From the NCBI GenBank assembly GCA_951406725.2, contig OX597816.1, positions 115,816,001-115,880,000 on the forward strand: a stretch of 64,000 nt of DNA, given 5' to 3'. This stretch comes from Octopus vulgaris. Its lineage: Eukaryota. The position numbers and the translations under genes are program-made. The notes beneath the pieces were generated by a model. That model made no database searches. It was not told the origin of the DNA and saw nothing but the letters and a program-made list of their open reading frames with translations. Every line of letters starts with the position of its first letter. Position 1 is the first letter of the stretch. Shown one piece after another: positions 56,131 to 64,000 of this stretch.

Positions 56131-58050
56131 GAATCGTCTGTGGCTGAATTCTTGTTATAGACCTCGGTCTGATATATTCGCGTTGAACTTCTATCAAAGG
56201 TTCCTGCAGGGATCATCCTGCATATTTTTTAATCAGTCACTTCATTATCAAATACTTCAATATATGAATTGAGGAATATTTGATTGATATTTCTTACAGA
56301 TAGAGTGACTGTATAAAGTAGTCTCAATGCTATGCATTTTTGAAGAAGACATTGTACAGTCGGTTTTATCAGTCGTTCATCTTACTCTGCAAACTCAGTA
56401 CTCGTTATCATGATTGTGGATATTAATTATCAAATAGAGGCAAGACTAGTATAGCTTTGATCATAAGTAAACTTAATCGAGATTGACTTGCTTGAACAAA
56501 ATTGTTGGCTTTGTGCAAAGGTATGAAACAAAAAGGATTTTGACTATTTCACTTTATGTTTTAGACATGGAGGTAGAGAGCGCCTGTAACCTCTTATTTT
56601 ATTTATAATTTATTTTACTTTTATTTAGTTATTTATCAGAACCCCAGGTAGTGTTGCGTGGAAGGTAGAAAATTATCGTCAAACAAAAGACAGGACGAGA
56701 AAACTTGAAACGGAATTTTGTCAAAAGTATCCAGCAATTAACACAGTTGGTGTCAAACCGATCGATCGTCCAAGTCTCACATACGGCATAGTCTCACATA
56801 CGGTATAGCATTTTGTCATACGTTCCATTGACTCTACTAATTTACCACCTATTATTGTGACTTATTAGATATGAAAAGAACATTTTGTGAAATTGCAATG
56901 ATGTCTAAACATTGTAATTAACTAAGAAAAAAAACATTTCAAATAGAAAAATAATGTAAAATCTGTAACAAATATTTTGGCATAACCTGGGCATAAATGC
57001 TGTTGCTTTGCTCAACGAAATCAATCCCGATCAATTAAACTTATGATCAAAATTATTCTTGTTGCAAACAACCCATATTCTTCCTTCCTTTTTTCTTCTT
57101 TTTCTTATTTGAAAAACAATATATCTGAGGCTTCCTTACTTAATTCGACCCTCACATTTGTTTAGAATGGTGGTTGCAGTATGCCGAAGTTTTAGCTATT
57201 ATTCCAGATACATAAAAGTTCCATGTCTCACAGCTATACCCATTTTTTATTGCGGGTGCATTTTGAAGATAAGACATTTAGGCCTAGACAAAGTCTGATC
57301 CACTTAGACATATGATGAATGCCAGTTCAGGTTGTAAAATTTCTTCTTTTGCGACTGTAACTGATTGCATTATATAATATCATTTGCATTATTTTTAAGA
57401 GAGTAGAGTACGATAGGAGACAGATTTGGAAGCTTATTCTAACGGGTGAAATGACGCTGCAAGTATTTTTCGTTGGCTCGAGGTGGAATTCAGTCATTAT
57501 ATGTAACGTGATCTTTAAGTTAATACATAACAATTTATTCCGTGAGCTTAGTTATATCCTAAACATGGATGATTAAGCCATAGTTAGGTGGTTTCAGGGT
57601 CTTCTTGATTTATCAATAACTTACAAAAATATATTTTTTAAAATTCTTTAAGTTCTTTGAAAAACATCATAAAGCTTGGTATCATCTACAGGGTATACTA
57701 ATTAGATGACGAAAGAAATTCACAAAATTTCTAGATGCTGTATGCTGAAAAACTGATAGGATGTTTTCCTACATGATATTTCAAAGGATATTGAGTTGCG
57801 AATTTTAGCATGATGGTATTTAATAATTTAGCTTAATTTCATATAAAGGTATGAAGCCAAATATCTATAAGCCACAGGAGAACTATATAATCCGCAGAAT
57901 AAGGAATATTCTAGTAATGCTATTCTAAATCATCGCATAAACATATACATCTCTATACGCATAGATATATGTATGTATGGATTTATGCATGTATGCATAT
58001 ATAGATGTATATATATATATATGTATACATATATATATATATACATATAC

Positions 58051-58081
<31 letters not shown>

Positions 58082-58201
58082 AATATATATATGTATATTT
58101 GCATATACATATATAAATATATGTATATATGCGTATACATATATAAATATATGTATTAATGCGTATACATATATAAATATATATACATGTCTCTCTCTCT
58201 C

Positions 58202-58243
<42 letters not shown>

Positions 58244-58289
58244 TACATATATATATACACCTATACATACACAAACACATGTATATATA

Positions 58290-59965
58290 GAGAGAGGCAA
58301 ATAGATTTCCATGGAGCATGTAAAATATAGAATACTAAGAAGGGAATTCAAAGTTATGTTTTAACTCAACAGCTGTGTCTGAAAGCTCGGAATTACACAA
58401 AATAGTAATGTTCATAATTAACAAATGGAATGTGCAAAACATCAACGGTATGCAACCAGTAAATGGTTTCATAGCGTTATCATAAGACCGGCTTCCATCA
58501 TCAGCAGAAAGAATTGGCAAAATCAGCCCAGGAAGAAGAGGAAGCAAAAGAGTAAAAGGAAAGGAGAGAGAGAGAGAGAGAGAGGATGTAAGTGGCTTAC
58601 GAATGGGGAGAAGAGAGGTAGAGGAAGAACAAGAAGAAATACCAGGCAGCGAGATGGTGGGTGAAATCAGTACTCAGAGAAGTTAACGGAGGTAGAGAGG
58701 TGAGTCTGAGAGAGGAAAAGAAGTAAGATAAAATCAGTATTGTGAAAGAAGATGCTACTGGTGTTAGGATAAATCACTAAGCAGACCTTAAATCAGCTAG
58801 GGATGGTTAATAACTATAGAGAAAGACAGAAAGAGACAAGCAAGGAAATGAATAAATAGAGTAGGGGTAACGGTAGTTTAGGGTTGTTGAGATAAGGAAT
58901 AAGGCATGAGGATAATAGGGAGGATCAGACTTTGAGTTAATTAGGGAGGGGAGCTATTCATAGAGAAGGACAGGAAAAGGTCACGAATGAGGGTAGGTTC
59001 TCGGAGGAGAAAGATATGCTGAGATATGGAGAAAAGGTAGAAGAAGAAGAGAGAGAGGGAGTGTGGGTGTGTGAGAGAGTGAGAGAGGAAGAAGGAATAT
59101 ACTGCCAACATAGCTAAATAATAAGGGCTTCATAAAAATTAGTAGATATTATAGAAACTTTGTGTAGTGGGAAAAGTGGAATAATATTTGTGCTTACATG
59201 AAAAGATTACGTCAGAGAACCTACAGAGTTATGAGAAGTTATACTGGTGAGGGATAACGAGCGATTCCCTTCAAAACAATTTACAACTCAGTAGTTAGTA
59301 TTGTTCGGAGAAGGACCAGGAGAAGGTATAGGAAATATTCCCGGACTTGATGTTGTATGTGTGTATGTAGCAAGGGAGGTAAAGAATATCAAGGCTTGAT
59401 CTGAAAACGAATTCATGCGAGCCCGATTGCGGCGCTTGAAATCAATAGTTCTGCCAATGTAGACTTCAGTCTATCGGATATGCGGTGTTATTATTCAGTA
59501 TTTATGTACTACATTATATATTAAACAAAAACCAACCAACGGAAAAAGTTGTGAGACTCAGAAATCGCAAGTTTTCCTACCAGCAGTGGGCGTTGGATTG
59601 ATCCCTATACAAGTCCGATTGATATGATTCGTTATCCTTAAAGAAGGACCAGAGATGTTATCATTTACCAGCTTGTGGGGAGCGTCACTACTGTTATATG
59701 TCGTCAGGTTCCTAGCAGTAGGGACGGTAATACCAGGATTCCTTTTATTAAAATAGGTAGCGTTCTCGAGGGTATTATTACCTGTTTGTTTTGGGTGGGG
59801 TCCAGTTGGATGAATCGTAGGGCCACAGTAAGTCAGCTTAGTTTGCATCTATTACAGTCTGTAATTATAAATCTGGAGCTTTCTGTTGTAGAGTAGGCGA
59901 TTTTAATGGAAGACTTATTGAAGATGGGGTTATATTTATGGTGTGGTGGAACTTTATTTTATCAA
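58290..59965 (-). mobile_element. Decayed Penelope-like element (RT C-terminus, GIY-YIG endonuclease, pyrimidine-rich 3' region)
   Basis: HHKYNPIFNKSSIKIAYS, PLVGFCL, EVYIGRTIDFKRR, TSLATY, CKL..RE and CKHK occur in the order expected for a Penelope ORF. Hammerhead-like motif at 58451-58507. Confidence 0.8.
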
Positions 59966-60554
59966 CACCGAAACGATAAAACGCAACACCAACCTCTGCG
60001 GAATTTGAACTGGAAATGTAACGATAAAAGAAATGCTGCTAAGCATTTTGTCGAGCGTGCTAACGTTCGTTGCCGCACTTGTTTGGAGCTGGAATAAATA
60101 TCGCAGCGTATTTTATTCGGCGCACTTTCTCTCTCTTTCTGTATTTCTCTCTCTCTCTTTCTATCTTTCTCACTCTCCGTAGGTGTACGTGTCTTAGGTA
60201 TGTCAGTGTATATAGGCATGCATATATATATATATATATATATAAGCGCACATATGCATATGAGTATATATATGCACATATGCATGTATAAATACATGTA
60301 ATCAATATATAAATAGGAGCATTCATTCCCATCCATACAAAAACCATAAACACACATACACAGATCATTACACACCAAGCATTAAAAACATATAATCTGA
60401 CAAGATAAACCTATTATCTGTAAATTAGTTGTAATATTTTTCTCATCAATGAAAAATCTTCATTGATTATTTCCTGCTTTCACTTTTGTAATTGCAATTA
60501 TAGTTAACGTTGTCGCTGTAGTTATTTTTGTTATTTACTTATATTTTTATATTT

Positions 60555-60716
60555 GGAGTTGTTTTTGCTTGTTTGAATTATTGCAGTCGCTGTTTCCATA
60601 GTTCGTAAGTCGTTATTTTTGTTTGTTTCAATTATTGCAGTTGCTGTTCCCATAGTTTATAAGTCGTTGTTTTCGTTTGTTTGAATTATCCCAGTTGCTG
60701 TTTCCATCGTTTACTT
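60555..60716. repeat. 54 bp minisatellite, three diverged copies
   Basis: Units start at 60555, 60609 and 60663 (gtcgtt..ttt.gtttgttt.aattat..cagttgctgtt.ccat.gttta). Confidence 0.88.
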
Positions 60717-60819
60717 CGTTTTTGTTCTTAAGTCGAATCTGAGCGTTGTTGTTATCATTAGTATTATTTTGTTGTTGCTGTTGTTGTTCCTAGCACCAAC
60801 AACGCGTTATAATTTCCAT

Positions 60820-61180
60820 TCCTGCCGAGGTAAACTTTGTCTTACATCCCTCGGGGGTAGATAAATTAAAGTATCAAGAAAGTAATGAGGTCGATGGCAT
60901 TGACTATCCCCTACCCTAAAAGTTACTGACCGTGTGCATCAATTACAAACCACTATTATTATTTTCCTCGAGCTGGCAGAATCGTTAACACGTCGGGAAA
61001 AATGCTTAGTGGTATTCCATCCGTTTTTACGTTTGAGTTCAAACACCACCGATCTCTACTTTGCTTTTTATCCTTCAGGGATTAATAAAAGAATTACCAG
61101 TTGCGTACTGGGGTTGATGTAATCGACTTGCCTTCTTTTCTAAATTTCCACGCCTTTTGACTGTAGTAAAAAGAATTGTA
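60820..61180 (+). mobile_element. Two diverged SINE family A copies
   Basis: 60820-60955 core plus tail; 60970-61180 gagctggcagaatcgttaacacg...gagttcaaa...ctggggttgatgtaatcgac. Confidence 0.8.
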
Positions 61181-61754
61181 GCTATTTTCCTCTTATACTG
61201 ATGCATATTATAGCATTGTCGCTTTCTTTTTTTCCCTTCTTAATTTCATTTTCCATTCTTACACTTTTTCAGTCTTTTTACTTTTTCCTCTCCTTCTTTT
61301 CTTATTTCCAGTTCATTTTCTAGTAGACTTCGTTCACTGTTCATTGATATATTTCAGTCATCAAATTCTACTTTCACATCTTCATTAATTGTATCCTTTT
61401 ACTCATTGTTTTATACAGTGTCTCTAATTTTCTGAAATGTATCACCTGTGGTGTTGTCATTGGGTTAATATCCAGTTTATATAATAGCATTTATCATAGA
61501 AGAAATATTTCAGAGACAAAACTGGAATTTGTGTAATCGTTATTTCAAATCCTGGAGCGGCGAAAAGATTTTGCATCAAATAATTGATACGTATAATACA
61601 CAGACGGACACACACGAATAATAACTCCCAACCAAACGTATGCATGTATGTATGTATGTATGTATGTATGTATGTAGAAACCATGAATTTTGAGGAAATA
61701 TTTGAACATGGATCGTTTTGTCGGTGTTGACTGGAAAATCTCAGTGGATAGAGA

Positions 61755-61800
<46 letters not shown>

Positions 61801-61853
61801 GAAACATTGTAAGATAACATAGCTATAAACAATTTGCAAAAGATCGGATACTT

Positions 61854-61895
61854 CAGGCTGATGAGACATAATATTTCGAAACACCGGTGTCCCAG
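61854..61895 (+). ncRNA. Minimal type-I hammerhead ribozyme motif with a complete core
   Basis: cagg-CTGATGA-GAcataatattTC-GAAAC-accggt-GTC-ccag: canonical core, palindromic stem III ACACCGGTGT and a GUC cleavage triplet. Confidence 0.8.
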
Positions 61896-62084
61896 CTCAA
61901 TACATAAATTATACATATATTTCTTTACATATGTGTGGATGTTTTATTTTACTAGCTAAGAAAGAAATGTCTTGGAATTCGATACGCTTGCTTAGTACCA
62001 TTTCCATTTATCTCCTTCTACTGCATCCTTCGCACTTTAGTTGATAATACTAAATGACACAGCTTCAACAAAATCCGCCATCAA

Positions 62085-62144
<60 letters not shown>

Positions 62145-64000
62145 CTAGACCAACACTAGTGAGTTCTCATTGTTTTCGCAGATAATACCTGAAAAGCTTC
62201 CACTCTTGTACATGACATCCAAAAAGCAGCATAACATAAAAAAATTGATGTCAACGATTTGAAGAGTGAATACACATGCTGCGATTAAGAGGGTTCAATA
62301 AACACAATGAGACATAATTCTCTAATTCCGGTAGACTACATCTAACACTCAGGATATAACACTGCATTCACGGAAAAAAAATGTAAAAATTCGTATTGCG
62401 AAATCATAAGCTTTTCATTTGAGTGTTTCACTGTGATGTGGAAATCATTGCTACGAGATGATCTTAAGAGCTGTTTCCACCTCAAATCTATTCCACTACA
62501 GAAATTGTATTATTGAACGGTTGCACTACTTTGAGCCTCAACAGAACTGAAACGGAAGGCTTGAGAGCACAAACAATGCGCTGGCCGAACAAAGCTGTAG
62601 TGTGATCGTCTTGAAAGGACTGAAATCATTACAGGAAGGTACAAACGTTTTGAAATAAACGGAGTGTATTTCAACAGAAACACGGTAAGAAAAGTATTAA
62701 GTAGACAGCCTAGAGAAGCATATTCTGAAATATTGATATGCTACACAAGGTGAGGTTTTGATAATACTTTTGTCACAGTTGACATGTCTGCTGGAAATGA
62801 TGTGGGACTAAGTGTTAATAATATACTATCTCACATCACACATGATGCATTTTGTTAACTCATAGCGATTTATAACCACAAATAACTCCACATGACCTCC
62901 TGTCTCTGCGGTGTAAAATTGGATGGTGTAATCAAGTTGGATGGTAATGATGATTTATGGTAATTAAGGTTTATTCACATACACAGATTGTTTTTATTAT
63001 CTCAGTGTAAAAGTTAAATTCACTGACTTAACTACACGGCATGGTTTCCTACGTGTTCAATCTTTACTATGGCGCCATTCTCTATCATGATAATGATCAT
63101 CATCGTCGTCGTCGCGTTGTCAAGATCGTTGTGACGATCACCTTCACTACCCAATTATTTTGAAAGATTGAAGTGTATATATCTACTAATGTATCTTATA
63201 TATGGAACACCTAACAGAACGTTAGTGTGATCATTGTTACCGCATCAGCAGTTAGAACTGACTTTGTAATAAACAGCAGCAGAGAACGTGTACGCCTTCT
63301 CTTGACTTGCTACAAGCCATGACCAAGCCCCAGAAACACATTTTACAAACATTATTTATAAGGTAAAGGGATAAGGGTAAACTAGTCCTGGTTTATAAGG
63401 CGGACCTGGAGCTAAACTACACTTAGCAGACTATTTAGCAGAATCATGAAAGCGTGGAACAAAATGCCTTGTGGTATTTCTTCTATATTTTGTATCTTGA
63501 ATTTAGATCACTTTATGCTTTTACGATGAAGGAAAAAATAACAGTTAAGGATATTGGATTAACAGAACTTCTAGACCAACGAACAAGATATATTGCAGTA
63601 TTTCCATTCTGTTCTTAAGTAGCTGATATAATGCAGCACCCTCTTCAGCACCAATATATCGTCCTTGACTCACTTTAGTGCAGTTCGCTGAGTTAGAGTT
63701 AGGGTTGGGCTTATTGTTTGGTAATTGTTTGAACTTCCAAAAACTGTGTATTGCTTCCACTTTTCTTTCAAACAATATAAGAAGCTCCAAAAATACTATT
63801 CATTGGCGCTATCCTTTTCTCTCTGTTTAAATAGTAAAAAAAAAATATTAAGGCACATGGGCTTAAATAGATTGATTCGTATTATATATAAATTTAGATA
63901 AGCCCAATTCTCTTATACGTACTCAAGCAGACACACACAAACATTCATACGACACACAAAATCAATGAAACTCTCTGATGATTACTGAATAACTGGTTTA

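Noticed and set aside
63545-63825. Minus-strand exon-like segment and 81 aa ORF containing a TTAGGG-like run
   Set aside because: All three frames after the acceptor hit stops, and the telomere-like run is only about three imperfect units.

Overview
AT-rich, microsatellite-saturated eukaryotic DNA. The SINE families and repeat style point to an octopus genome (inference). No host protein-coding gene can be identified with confidence, and almost all ORFs in the track are microsatellite translations or decayed transposon fragments. The window holds six R4/Dong-clade (restriction-like endonuclease) LINE fragments, five abutting pure or degenerate (TAA)n tracts, including a head-to-tail stack at 47.5-51.5 kb. 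It also holds RTE and CR1 LINE relics, a Tc1 relic, a mariner-derived MITE, a decayed Penelope-like element (GIY-YIG) and many tRNA-derived SINEs. The most interesting signals are (1) minimal type-I hammerhead ribozyme motifs (best at 61854-61895 and 44347-44379) in short microsatellite-flanked modules and in the Penelope-like element, with fold-back palindromes and one tRNA-headed carrier, and (2) SINE dimers with identical junctions at independent loci, suggesting a SINE that inserts into its own family. All calls were made by eye, without database searches.
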